Notes: generated by a model from the sequence alone, not told the origin. 64,000 nt of DNA from Hamiltosporidium tvaerminnensis FI-OER-3-3 (GCA_022605425.2 JAKIMF020000007.1:1302001-1366000); one strand, 5' to 3'; shown: positions 28,801 through 40,499, counted from the stretch's first letter. Translations and numbers: made by a program.

Positions 28801-31615
28801 CTAGAACAAGAAGTCAAAGTACTTTCTGCAGATATGATGTGATACACTTTAAAATTGCGTGGTTTTACTGCTTGGGTACAAAACCTTAAAAAAATGTATA
28901 TCATTTATAGCAATTACTACTATATAAATGTTAAGACACGATTCATTTTCTTTCCATACTCAAATAATATAAATAAAAAATTTGTTTCTTGAAAGACCAA
29001 ACTATAAATGTAATTGAATTAGCATCGCGCAGAAACAATAAAACTTGATATAAATAATGTGTTTACTACCACTTAGTATGTCGTCTTTAGTTTTAAAAAA
29101 GCTTTAACAAATTTGTAACATCTTCAAAAATCCAAGTATGTTGATTTTTATCATCATATTTTCATACATCGCATAGTTTTAGAAATCTGCTATAACATAG
29201 AAAACTTCGTTCTAAAGATGCAATAAAAAAATATTTGACCAAAATTTTATTAGATATTTTATTTTAGGGTAAATTTCAATTTATTTTTTTGCTTACCTTA
29301 AAAAATCTAATTTCGTCGGTTCTACCACTATTAATAAATATAAAAAATACATCTGACATTTGTAACTTAATAATGTACGCTTAAAATAGTAAAAAAAATG
29401 TTGTAATTACTTTAATGCTCCTTTCACAAAAAAAATCATTACATATTTCCAAATATAATTAGCTGCGTTATATAAGTCTTTTTCTATTTATAGAAATATT
29501 TGTTGTTTTATTTGCACCTATTATCTAGATAATGGCAGTAAATTTTTAAAATTTTGTTTATACATATGTTCGTATTTTTTTATTTTATTTATAAATCTTA
29601 TCTCAACGGCATTACTAATTTAATCCAAAAAAATTCAGTCTCGTGCATTATTTCGAGAATATAAAAGATTTATGAATTTATTTTAAAGGATTTGTTCTTA
29701 GCGAAATTTATATGTAATCATACAGTAGATAATCTAAAAATACATTTTGATTTGTTCGATGAATCAATTCCAATACAATAATTTTGTGCTATATATTTAA
29801 GCTACCCAAATTTGATTTGCTTGCGTATAATATATAAATTATTTACAAATAAAAGTTTGTGTACCATTAATTACTTTAAGATGTAATAAAACTCTGCTAT
29901 ATTCTGAAAAAAATAACAATAAAGTACAAATTTATAGAGTATTTTTCTAAACAGAGTGATTATATATGTAACATTAATATTTAGTTTGACATTTATTCTT
30001 ACACTGATTAAAAAAATCTGTTATAAAGACAAGCAATCGAAAAAATATTTAACTATGCGTTCTGTGCACGCTGATAAAACTACCTCTTTACCGGGTTGTT
30101 TCAGAGGCTTCAATTGCGGTTTAAAAATTTTAAGTGATAAAATCACAACAAAACGATTATTTCATTGAAATTTCAACTTTTTTAATTCAAATTATGAAAT
30201 TTGTAAACAAATAATTTGTGTATTAAATCACCGGGTCAATATATCAGCTTTTGTTTGTTATATCTCCATATTCTGTACCTTTTATTGATCATTATTCTTC
30301 TCTATTATTTTTAAATGCAATTAAGCTTAAAAAAAACAAACTTTTTATTTTAATTTTACAATATTTGAATTCAAATTCGAAAATAAGTTCTACTACACAG
30401 CTAAAGAAGTAATTGTGAAATTTCAGACAAAAAAGGAAAGAAATACGATGCAAAAATTTTAAAAATCAAGAAAATTAATTAATCAATTCTACAATTTTCA
30501 AGACGTCAATCAAAATGTTTCATTGAATTTCAAAAATGTGTTTTGTTTCTCCTAATATTATATTTGTTGTGTGTTTCATGAAAGAAGCCGTTATTTTTCA
30601 AGCCAAATCAACGGAAAAATATGCAAAGAAACTATTTCGGCTTTTAAATAGCAATCGCTCAGTGTGAACTTTATTTCCGATGGAAAAACATAAAGCTATT
30701 TTTTTTAAATTATTTATAACAGTAACTAAGAATCATTGGCTATCTCTGATAGAAATCTTTTGATATGCATTTCTGTTAAACTGTTATTTGCGGTGATTTA
30801 TATTCCTTAAAGAGCAAAATATAATCCCCGTTTTGTTCTTTTAAATCTTTCAATTGAAAAACGTAGGATATAGCGTTACAATTAAGTTTGATGCAATCCG
30901 CACTTTTTATCATTTTAATAAAAGCTAAGACTGTTGCAGAAGGTTGATGAAACCGGCTAGATGCTTGTTTATTCATCATACCGCTAACTGTTGTTTATAT
31001 CAAACATAAAACTCCTTTATTTCTTGTATTTTATACTCGGAAGTTACTTTCGCTTATTAGCAATGCATATACATTTTCTGGCTTTACTTCGCCTACCTTA
31101 TTACATCGAATAGAGCCTTTTTTCTTTTCTAACTCTGATTTTCAAGCACAATCATAAAAATTTAAAAAGTATTTGTACGGTTTTCTGCTATCGATTATCT
31201 TAAAATATGAAACCAAAAATCTTTGGAAATATATATTTCTAATTTATACCAACTTTTAAGTCGGATTATTATTTCAATCATCCAAGGCTGGCTTAAGATA
31301 ATTTAATTGTATCGAAAAATAAGTATTGTTTACATTTTGATCCGTGTATCTGCGAATATTTAGAAAAAAACAAATACAAAATATAGCTATGGTTTGGTTT
31401 TGGTGTTCATATATATCGGTTAAACCGTTAAAGAATTGTTTATGTCGCATATGTTTAATACTTTAGCATTTATTGGATTAAATTTTCCGAATTCGTGTGT
31501 TTTTTTGCTTAAAGCTATTCTTATATTTACTTAAATATGACAAGAAATGCGTCTTTTTGAGCATTTGATCAATTTATTCAATTTAATTGTAAAAACTAAA
31601 AATTTGACCTTTCAT

Positions 31616-31850
31616 TTATTCATCCTTAGTACTGCTGCCTTAAGAGAGCCTTGGCTTCCCTTAGGTAATACCGTCCACCTGTCTTTTTCCAGTGGGTTTG
31701 TTTACTTATCGGGTTTCGTAACAAGGTAGTTTTAAAAGGTGGGTTGTTAGCCTTACGCCCAACCTCAAGATAGGAGACCAGTCCTTTTTAGTCGCCTCTT
31801 ACGACAAGCAGAGAATACTCCAAGCCAATTCTGCTCCTGTGATGCTATGG
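31616..31850 (-). mobile_element. Family A SINE, copy 4
   Basis: Plus strand has TTAGTCGCCTCTTACGACAAGCAG, the exact reverse complement of the copy-1 motif. Degenerate flanking repeat AAAATTTGACCTTTCAT / AAAATTTTGACGTTTACAT. Confidence 0.85.
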
Positions 31851-32829
31851 AAAATTTTGACGTTTACATGATTGAATTAAAATCTATCGCTAAGATAAAA
31901 TAGGTATTCTAATCAATACCAATACCTTCGGTTCAAGGGAAATTTTATTTGGTTCTGTATAGTTTGCTAAGTATTGTTCGATTTTTATATTTAAAATTAC
32001 ATTTTTTCGTTAATTTAAAAACTTACAGCCTAGCATTGAAGTACTTTTCACATTTAATTAATCTAAAATGATTAATAAAAATGGAAGAGAAATAATATTA
32101 AGATTTTTATAGTTTAGAATGATTTTGTGGGATTATTTATTGGTATTTAGATGTTTACTACAGTTTTATTAAACGAAATAGAAGCAAAAAAAAATTCAGA
32201 AACTGGAAATTTAACAGAAAAGACTAAATAGTAGAGTTTGAATTGTATTGTCAAAATAAACACATCCAATCCTTTGGTTATAATTAACTTCCATAAAATT
32301 TTAAATAGGAAATGCTAGAGGTGAATACAAAATAGGAATATGGAAACCTAAGAGACATATTAAAACAAAAGGTGTGGAAACAATTAAACCTTTACTGGAG
32401 ATGATCTGAAATCCATTGACATGAATAATATTAAATTTGTAAATTAAATATAGAAATAAAAAAATAGGAAAAAACCAAACTCTTTTATTCTCGGTATTTA
32501 GTGATTTATTCTCTTAGCGAAGCAAAATTTTAATCAGTACTATTTCCTACTTTTTCTGCTATAAAAATAATAAATTCTGATGATGTAAATATAACATTTT
32601 CTATCTTTAAAGGTTCGAATACAAATTTTTAGAAGAACCTTTAAACTTTTCGCTATCCTCTGTTAGATTTACTTCGGTTTCGTTTTCAGAGACGGTTTCA
32701 ACCATAATAGTTTTTTTACATTTTTTTTTAATTCTTCATGGATATAATTTAAGAGCTTATATATTGACATTGCGGCATGTTTACATTTGAAAAAAAAAAA
32801 ACCCGATTTGGGTCAAGAAATTAACATTA

Positions 32830-33245
32830 CTTACCACTTTAGAATATTTCGAAATATCAATTTTAGAACTAACAACGTAATTTTTTTAAGATGTCACCCA
32901 AATTTTACCGAAATTGTCCCAGAAGAATATTCAAATCACCCACCCCATCGAAATAAGGCAATATAACAAAACATGAAGAATTATTTTCTATACTAAAGGC
33001 AGAAGTTTTACTTTTCTTTAGATCAATAACACACTTTTTAAATCTTTCTGTTTCAGAGATTTTCTTTAAATCATTTTCTAAATCTTTTATAATAATTGTA
33101 GCATTACTATATCCGATGCCTGTTACTATCAATGACACTACTAATCCAAACGGAGACAACAATTGTTGCGATTCGAAATGTTTTTGTTTTCTAAAACGAC
33201 ACTGCTTTGAAGAATCAGACTTTTTTTGAGGCTTATTATTACATT
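32830..33245 (-). pseudogene. Frameshifted type-II membrane protein gene, paralogue of 46870-47290
   Basis: KTFRIATIVVSV / LIVTGIGYS / KDLENDLKKISETERFKKCVIDLKK aligns to KTFRI..IVVSV / LVTKGIGYG / KDFENNFKKVSETEGFKKCDIPFKK at 47 kb. Third-position synonymous differences (GGC/GGT, TCT/TCC, TTT/TTC) fix the coding strand. Confidence 0.6.
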
Positions 33246-35496
33246 CTTATATATTTAAAAAATCAATCAAATTATTATTGCTTTTTAAGCAATATTAAAA
33301 AAATTTAAAGTACTATTCAAGTTATTATCTGATATTTTAAGCAAAATTTATCAAAAATCAAATAAAATTTGGTTCAAATATTTTTTATTATTTTTAATAT
33401 GTTAGTTTCTTTTAAAAATGAATCATAAACTATTTTACTCATGATTTTCTTGGCTCTGATTAAAGACAAAAACATTTATTTGTTTTTTATAAATATAAAT
33501 GTCGCAATAGAATTGCATGCTTTGATTTTTCATTTAGTTATCCGATATCTCCTTTTTTTTTCCTAACTTTAATAATGATAAGATCGATTTTTGTTTGCAA
33601 TTTAGAATTCGTTACCTTGATTATTTTGTAAATTTAAAATTGCATTGCAAAGTATGATGTTATACACAATTTAATTATCATAGAATGTATTTAATTTCTT
33701 ATTATCTTAGATTTTTTATTTGCAGGGAATATTTACAATTAAACTTACAGATAAAGAACAGAAAACATCATTTATATAATTCAGTAATGTTCCAACGATG
33801 ACAAGCCTCGAAATTCTTAATTGTTAAAAAAATACAAGACACTAATATGAGAGCTCCGATTAAGATATGTCTATTCTGATTTGCTCATAAATTTTAAACA
33901 ACAAAAATGGTCCGCAAAAGTAAAACATGAAAGATGTAGAAAGATTTTATTAGTTCATTAAAATATTTAAAATCAATATTGTAAAATTCTTTTCTAGAAT
34001 TTAGCATATAGCAAGAAAACATAATAAATTTGTTTTTTGATTTTTTTAAAGCTTAAAGTTTATAAAAAAAAATTAATAGAATTTGTTCAGATCTTTTTTC
34101 TAATAATTTTACAGTTATACTAACAATTTAATGATGAGGTTGATATTTTATAACCTTTTTTTGTTCAATTTATTTATATCCTCAAGAATAATTTCTTAAA
34201 AAAATTATTGCTTGACTAGCTTCAAGGAACTTTATAAATGATGAATTAAAAGATTTTCGATAAAAATGGCAATAAATAAATTAATTTATATAGTATTCCT
34301 TAGAAAGAACGGTTTGTTTAAAATAAAGAAAATTCTTCATATGAATGAATACCACTGAAAAACTTAGCAAAAAAAAATAAAAATAGATGATATGTTGGTT
34401 GATTAAAAAAACAATTGGTTAAAACTATTATAATTTTATAAATTTATAAAACAATATAGGCAAAATATGATAATTATTTTTTAAATCTTATTATAAACTG
34501 CTCAAGAACAGCTAAAAAGGCGGATTAAAAATACTAGAAAAACATACGAGTAAACATGTTGTGCAGAGGTTATAAAGCAAGACAATATAACAAACCCCTA
34601 TGGCTAGGCTAATCATGCTTAAGAATATAATCTAATGTTTTTTTGTTTTTTGTTGAATGTAAAATTAAGTCTGTTTCACTGGCTTAATAGTTGATATTAA
34701 ATCAAACAATAAAAATTTGTCACATAATAAGCTAAAACTTATTGTGATTTTACACGAATTGTTAAACGACAATCTATGTTTGACATTCGATTACAGTGTT
34801 ATTATTTATACTACAAAATTTTAAAATTTATTTTATCTTAAATTGTATAGAGTATAAATATATTTAAAACCCGAAAAATAGGCAAAAACGAATGATAATA
34901 AATATGGTTTTCTTATTTCTGCAACAATCAATTTTATAATAAGAAAAATATAATGAAGGAAGACAATCTCATGGGTAAAGATACGCTCAAACTTAGTTGC
35001 CTTTTAGAAAAATATGGCAATGGATATATAAATTTTATATGATCGTTTTGAGTAGTTCATTATTTTACTTATAGAATGTTTATATGAATATTTCAATATT
35101 TGTATTGTTTTGTGATCCTAAATTCGGCAAAATGTATTCGCACGGTGTTTTAATTTATGAAACATCATTTTTTAAAAAACTTAAAATCTCCATCATTTCT
35201 TCTTTTTTTTAAATAAAAATCAATCAAAATATAAATATGAGATGATATGGACATAATATAAGAAAATAAAAATATAAAAAAATAAAGATTTAAAACTATA
35301 AAAGTATAAACCTATACTTTAATGAAAGGCAAAAAGTCAAAGTCGTAATAAAAATAAAAATTTTATTTTTCGTTAAAGAATTATTATACTTTAAATCGCA
35401 AATTTCTATAAACAGAATCGATTTAAAGTCATTTTTTACGCATTAATTAGCTTTATAGTAAACTATAAATATTTAGATTATCTAAAGGTATGAATG

Positions 35497-36190
35497 TTAT
35501 TTAATACATATCATATCTTTTTAAAAAATGAATATTTACTAAGATTTTTCAATAATTTACGATATTCTAGATCAAACATAGGTAATTACTTCCCGAATAG
35601 CCTCATTATGACCCTACGATCCCTACATCCCTAATATTTTCATTGAAGATGCGTGATACTAATTTTATATATCGTATGTTATTCAAATTGTACTCTTTAT
35701 CGCTTCCTAGGCTGGGTTTCTTAGAGATCACACATAATACCTACTTACTCTACGCTTATCGAATATAATGGACTCTCATATAAGATATATCTTGGCGGCT
35801 TACATGGCGTCACCTAAACTTTGAAATTTTATACCAACAATTATAAATTATTACTTATCTTTTGCAGCTTTTCGGGTGATGTTTCTTTGTTTCTTACAGA
35901 CGATAAATCTTTTAATTCCGTGAGAAAACTGGGTTTCTATTTACTTAATAGAAAATAACTTGATTTTCGGTTATATTTTCTAATTTAATTGCATGAAAAG
36001 CTACAGACTAAGTATATTGAAAAATTTTACAGTATTTGTTGAAGTTCTCTTGTCTTATACAAATTCTTATGAATTAACACAAAAATATGCAGTGGTTTAG
36101 TTCTATTAAAAATTTAAATAATAATGTTCGTACTAATTTATTCCGAACATCGCCTACAGATAGTTTTTAATGTGTTTTTCTTTCTTCTAT
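35497..36190 (-). repeat. Family B ~700-bp element, copy 1 (AT-eroded)
   Basis: Colinear over its full length with the reverse complement of 36304-37021 (e.g. ACCCTACGATCCCTACATCCC, CTACTTACTCTACGCTT, TAAGATATAT, TTACATGGCGTCACCTAAAC), with many C>T and G>A changes. Confidence 0.75.
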
Positions 36191-36303
36191 CGAAGAAAAT
36201 AAAATAAAATTACTCAATGACTAAATATCGAACCCATTCCAACCCATTACTCATTCAAAAGCTAAATTAAATAAAATGAAATATGATTTTAATCAAATCT
36301 ATA

Positions 36304-37021
36304 GTGAAGGGGGGGATAGCCACAAAAAAACTTTCTGCTTTGCAATGAGTATGTGAAACAGGTGTGAGGTCATTGTTTGGATTTTTGTTATGAAAAAGTT
36401 CACCCTACATCTTCGGTTTTTCCATGTGAGTTATTTGAGGAGGAGAGGTCTAAGAAATAGCGAAACTTTTTCTACAAATTTATCTGTAGTTTTTTATGTA
36501 ACCAGATTGCAGACCGTAGCCGAACTTCTAGGTAATTGCCAGTAAAAACATGGAAACCTAGCCTTGCTCACTCGGGTTAGAAGACTTAGCGCCTGGGAGA
36601 TATAAAATTAAAAACCATTAAAAGCCGGAAAAGCTAAGTAGCAACTTATAGCTGTTAGTATGACATTGCACTGTCTAGGTGGAACACATGTAAATCTCTG
36701 AAATATATCTTAGCTAGAAGTTTATTGGGTTAGGAAAGTGTAAAGTAAGTGGAAATGCTGTATAGTCTTGGGGGCAGGGGGGCTTCGGCCTTCGATCACA
36801 CTCCATGCAACGGTCATTATAGAACTTCGGTTGACTGCCTCGCCTATTAATTAGGTTCTACACACCTGGTGGATCAAAGGCTTTGGGATGTAGGTATCGC
36901 AGGGTGTACCGATGGAGTGTTGGGGTAGCAGTTATTTATGTAAAACCTAGAACTGAGTTAATGCCATGAAAACAAATATAACCTGCCACTGTTTTTAAAA
37001 GATCTGATATTTTTAAATAAA
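36304..37021 (+). repeat. Family B ~700-bp structured non-coding element, copy 2
   Basis: GC-enriched block with long identical stretches to the reverse complement of 48192-48926 (e.g. CATGGAAACCTAGCCTTGCTCACTCGGGTTAGAAGACTTAGCGCCTGGGAGATATAAAA). No conserved ORF. Ends at AAATAAA. Orientation is inferred from the AATAAA end. Confidence 0.9.
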
Positions 37022-37272
37022 GTTTTCATTCATTAAATCCTTCTATTATTTTTAAAGAATCGAAATTAAGAAACTTTCATTTCTTTTTTTATGCAAGCAG
37101 GGTCAAAAAAATATTTTAAAAAAAATTCTAAGAAAATATTCAAGAAGAAAATGAAAATAGTTGAGAAAAAAATATTTAAGAGGAAAAAATAGTTAGGAAG
37201 GAAAATATTAAAAAATAGAAAAATATTTAAGAAGAAAAAAGCTGTATTGAAAAAACAAACTAAATAAATTTT

Positions 37273-37608
37273 TTATTCGTTAAAACTCTCAGAATTAAGT
37301 CCTTTGAAAGATCCCACAAGTACCAAGCTAACTCTTAAGGCACTTTTCTCAACATTCTTCTTACTTGTACATCTTTCTACTCTAATTCTGATTCTTCTTG
37401 GTACTTTTTCAATTCCACCTTTCCATACAAATTTATTCAATTCAGGAGACATTACTACTTCCCCTTCTACATTAAATTGTTTTTGTAAAAATTTCTTAAG
37501 TTTTTTCATGGCACCTGATGCTTTTCGCTTCCATGAAACTTTTCTTGCAACTGCTGGAAGATTTACAGTCATTTCAGTTATTTTGTTGTGTTTTAAAACT
37601 GAACTCAT
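37273..37608 (-). CDS. RPL31: 60S ribosomal protein L31 (eL31)
   Basis: Typical eL31 motifs: EMTVNL, SWKRKASGAMKKLKKF, SPELNKFVWKGGIEKVPRRIRIRVER. ACCCTTCT precedes the ATG and AATAAA overlaps the stop. Confidence 0.95.
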   Translation of the reverse strand: MSSVLKHNKITEMTVNLPAVARKVSWKRKASGAMKKLKKFLQKQFNVEGEVVMSPELNKFVWKGGIEKVPRRIRIRVERCTSKKNVEKSALRVSLVLVGSFKGLNSESFNE

Positions 37609-37661
37609 AGAAGGGTAAAGAAATGAAAAAAAATATAAAATAAAATTATTTTACTAGTACC

Positions 37662-37825
37662 TAACACCCCTTTAACTAAACATAGAATCTACAAATGTTT
37701 AAAACACCTTTAAACAAACATTGAAGGTACCTATGTTTAACACCCCTTTAAATAAAAATGAAGATTACACATATTTAACACCCCTTTAAATACACCAACC
37801 TTTCCTTATATTTAACACCCCTTTA
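37662..37825 (+). repeat. TAACACCCC-core minisatellite in the divergent RPL31/37927 spacer
   Basis: Five TAACACCCCTTTAA-like cores at roughly 36-40 nt spacing. Confidence 0.8.
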
Positions 37826-37926
37826 AATATATATTTAAATTATTACAATCAATTTATTTCCTAATCAAGAATCTTACTCCTTTTATCAGAACAATAAGTG
37901 ATTACTCCTTAATCACAGACCCCTAA

Positions 37927-38115
37927 ATGTCGTTTACTTCTCATATATCAATCGATACTTTCTCTAACTTTTATTTTCTTTTATCTCTTCTTCTTACAGC
38001 ATTATTTGCGTACATTGCAACAAAAATACTGACAAATAAACCACCCCCAAAGAATCATGACATTCTTAGAAGTAAGAAAGAATCTTTTGGAATTAAAAAA
38101 ATAAATAAAAAATAA
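37927..38115 (+). CDS. Small single-pass membrane protein (62 aa), unknown function
   Basis: ACCCCTAA precedes the ATG. Hydrophobic FYFLLSLLLTALFAYIA is followed by a basic tail. AATAAA overlaps the stop. Lies inside the gene island. Confidence 0.7.
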   Translation: MSFTSHISIDTFSNFYFLLSLLLTALFAYIATKILTNKPPPKNHDILRSKKESFGIKKINKK

Positions 38116-38167
38116 AAATTAAATTTTATTTTATATTTTCTTTTAAAAGATATTTATAAGTAAAACA

Positions 38168-38510
38168 TTACCACCCTATTAAGACATAGTACTATAAATA
38201 ACACCCTAGTATAGATATACATATAAATAACACCCTATTATACATTAATACACTGAATTAACACCCTGTTATACCTTTACATATAAATAACACCCTATTA
38301 TACCTTTACTCATAAATAAAACGCTAATATACCTTTACATATAAATAAAAGGGTATTAAGATATATTAGTATTAATAACACCCTATTAAGATAACGTCTT
38401 AGTAAATAACACCCTATTATATAGAAATACCCCGAATTTACACCCTGTTATATTAAGCTATTGATATTTAACACCCTAATAAGGCATAGTAATACTATGA
38501 ATTTACATCT
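38168..38510 (+). repeat. TAACACCC-core minisatellite, ~30-nt unit
   Basis: About 11 degenerate units such as TAACACCCTATTATACCTTTACATATAAA between convergent genes. Confidence 0.85.
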
Positions 38511-38618
38511 TTTAAGCAAGGATCTTAACATAGAGATACTGGGAATACCTCTTTAATTAAAGTAACTATAAAAACAAACGTTATACTAACACACTTTAAT
38601 TTTACTCCTTTATTTAAA

Positions 38619-39596
38619 TTACTCAACACCATAAATTGTAGTCTTATTACCTACCTGCCCTGTAAAACTAAGTATAGCATTAACAGGAAAATGATCGCCT
38701 AAAAAGTTAGCTTCTTTTAAAATTCTTGCATAGTTCAATTCCATCTCTCTTTTTTTATCTCTTAATATGATGAAATCTCTCTGTATATCATCATCCTGTA
38801 CTAAATTAGCATGTACAGTAGTATGGGATAAATTTATATTATTTTTATCTAAATCAACCAAGTTTTCATATTCCTTTTTAAGTAATTCCGTTATATCTTT
38901 GTTTACAGCCCCTATTCCACCCATCAAAAACACAATATCATTATTTACTCTTGGATCGTGAATTATATCATTTATAATATTTGATAAATAAGCAAAATTT
39001 ACTTCTTTATAACTAGAAACTAAATCCAAATTAATAGCGGTTATTTCACTCGAAGACTCTCTAAGATTTTTAAATATTGCGAATGAAGCGTAAATATTCT
39101 TTGTTTCTCCAGTTGTATAGAAGTAGTCGTGGTCCTTTAGTTCTAACATTACACTGTCATATATTATCGGTAAAAATAGTCTTTTCCCAGAATTGAAATC
39201 TCCTGTACTTCGATCATTATTTACAATCTTATAATGAGAATTAGCCATTGGTCCAAGTTCAGATAAAATCTCTTCATCAACTCCTTGAATGGTAAAAATA
39301 GTCGGATGAATATGATCGATCATGGCTTTTAGTTCCTGTTTAAGAGTAATATTACGGTGTTTTTCAATTATATCTCTGTAAATATTTACAGTCAGTAAAT
39401 TCAAATCACCATATGTTTTAACATGGATAGAAGGAACGTTGTGACTTTCGTAGAATCCTTGTAGTGATAGGATATCGTTCTTAACTTTATATTCGGGATT
39501 AGCTACAACTGGATCCCACATACTCTCATAATATATTCCCTTTGAAGAAATTGATTGCCATATAAGCAAGAAGTATGGTGATAAGAGCCAGTACAT
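38619..39596 (-). CDS. Secreted endonuclease/exonuclease/phosphatase (EEP)-fold protein, probably catalytically degenerate
   Basis: 325-aa ORF with hydrophobic N-terminus. EEP-order motifs LLTVNIY, IFTIQG, LPIIYD, FLMGG, RDFII, GDHFPVNA. Confidence 0.8.
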   Translation of the reverse strand: MYWLLSPYFLLIWQSISSKGIYYESMWDPVVANPEYKVKNDILSLQGFYESHNVPSIHVKTYGDLNLLTVNIYRDIIEKHRNITLKQELKAMIDHIHPTIFTIQGVDEEILSELGPMANSHYKIVNNDRSTGDFNSGKRLFLPIIYDSVMLELKDHDYFYTTGETKNIYASFAIFKNLRESSSEITAINLDLVSSYKEVNFAYLSNIINDIIHDPRVNNDIVFLMGGIGAVNKDITELLKKEYENLVDLDKNNINLSHTTVHANLVQDDDIQRDFIILRDKKREMELNYARILKEANFLGDHFPVNAILSFTGQVGNKTTIYGVE

Positions 39597-39756
39597 GTGT
39601 TTTACATTGGTGGGTGCGTTTTATAGAAAGAACATGAAACTGTTTGTCTTAGGTTTGATTCAATGATGTATTAGGTCATGTGATAGGTAATTTCCTTAAA
39701 AATGTCAGATGTAAGGAAATGTTTAGAAATTCAGATATATAAAATATATAGTATGT

Positions 39757-40402
39757 AACAGGGTGTTATATATCTGATATTAGTATGATGATTAACAGGG
39801 TTTTAAGGACTTGTGTTTTATTATCATCGTTAACAGGATGGTATATATCAAATATCAGTATCATGCTTAACAGGGTGTTAAAAATTGAAGTATATTCCTC
39901 ATGAGTAAAAGGGTGTTCTATATCAAATATCAGTATCATGCTTAACAGGGTGTTAAAAATTGAAGTATATTCCTCATGAGTAAAAGGGTGTTCTATATCA
40001 AATATCAGTATCATGATTAACAGGGTGTAATAGCCGTAGTATATTCCTCATGAGTAAAAGGGTGTTATATATCAGATATCAGTATCATGATTAACAGGTT
40101 GTAATAGCCGTAGTATATTCATCATGAGTAAAAGGGTGTTATATATTTTGGTATCGGTACGATGATTAACAAGGTTTTAACGACTTGTGTTTTATTATCT
40201 TCGTCAAAGGGGTGTTATATATCAGATATCAGTATCATGTTAACAGGGTGTTGGTAACTGTAGTAATTACATGTTGGCAATAAGATGTTATCTTTTGTGG
40301 ATTTTTAGATACAATAAGAGGGTGTTAACAGCCAATATATTTCTACGATGGTTAAGAGGGTGTTAATTCCGTTGGTAATCTTTAATTTTCTAGAGGGGTG
40401 TT
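39757..40402 (-). repeat. 75-nt tandem repeat with two AACACCC cores per unit
   Basis: Near-exact 75-nt units (ATATCAAATATCAGTATCATGCTTAACAGGGTGTTAAAAATTGAAGTATATTCCTCATGAGTAAAAGGGTGTTC) that degenerate toward both flanks. Confidence 0.9.
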
Positions 40403-40499
40403 AGACAAACCTAAATCATATCAATTTTCTAATATATTTATTACAAATTTATAAAATTGTATTATTCTTAATATTCAAATTTAATTATCTAAAATTTAA

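Noticed and set aside
595-31729. Numerous 60-75 aa ORFs in the desert
   Set aside because: Composition is F/I/K/L/Y-rich as expected from random AT-rich DNA, many have non-ATG starts, and they have no recognisable motifs.
36576-36770. Group I intron P7-like pairing (AAGACT / AGTCTT) and a telomerase-template-like GGGTTAG in family B
   Set aside because: No convincing P, Q or J8/7 elements and no host exons. The template-like match is only 7 nt.
37304-37618. 104-aa plus-strand ORF (and similar antisense ORFs at 38767, 41486, 41708, 52171, 61966)
   Set aside because: Antisense to well-supported genes.
39766-40014. 82-aa repetitive ORF and CRISPR-like look of the repeats
   Set aside because: Translation of a 75-nt tandem repeat. 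The units are duplicated whole with no unique spacers, there are no cas genes, and the context is eukaryotic.
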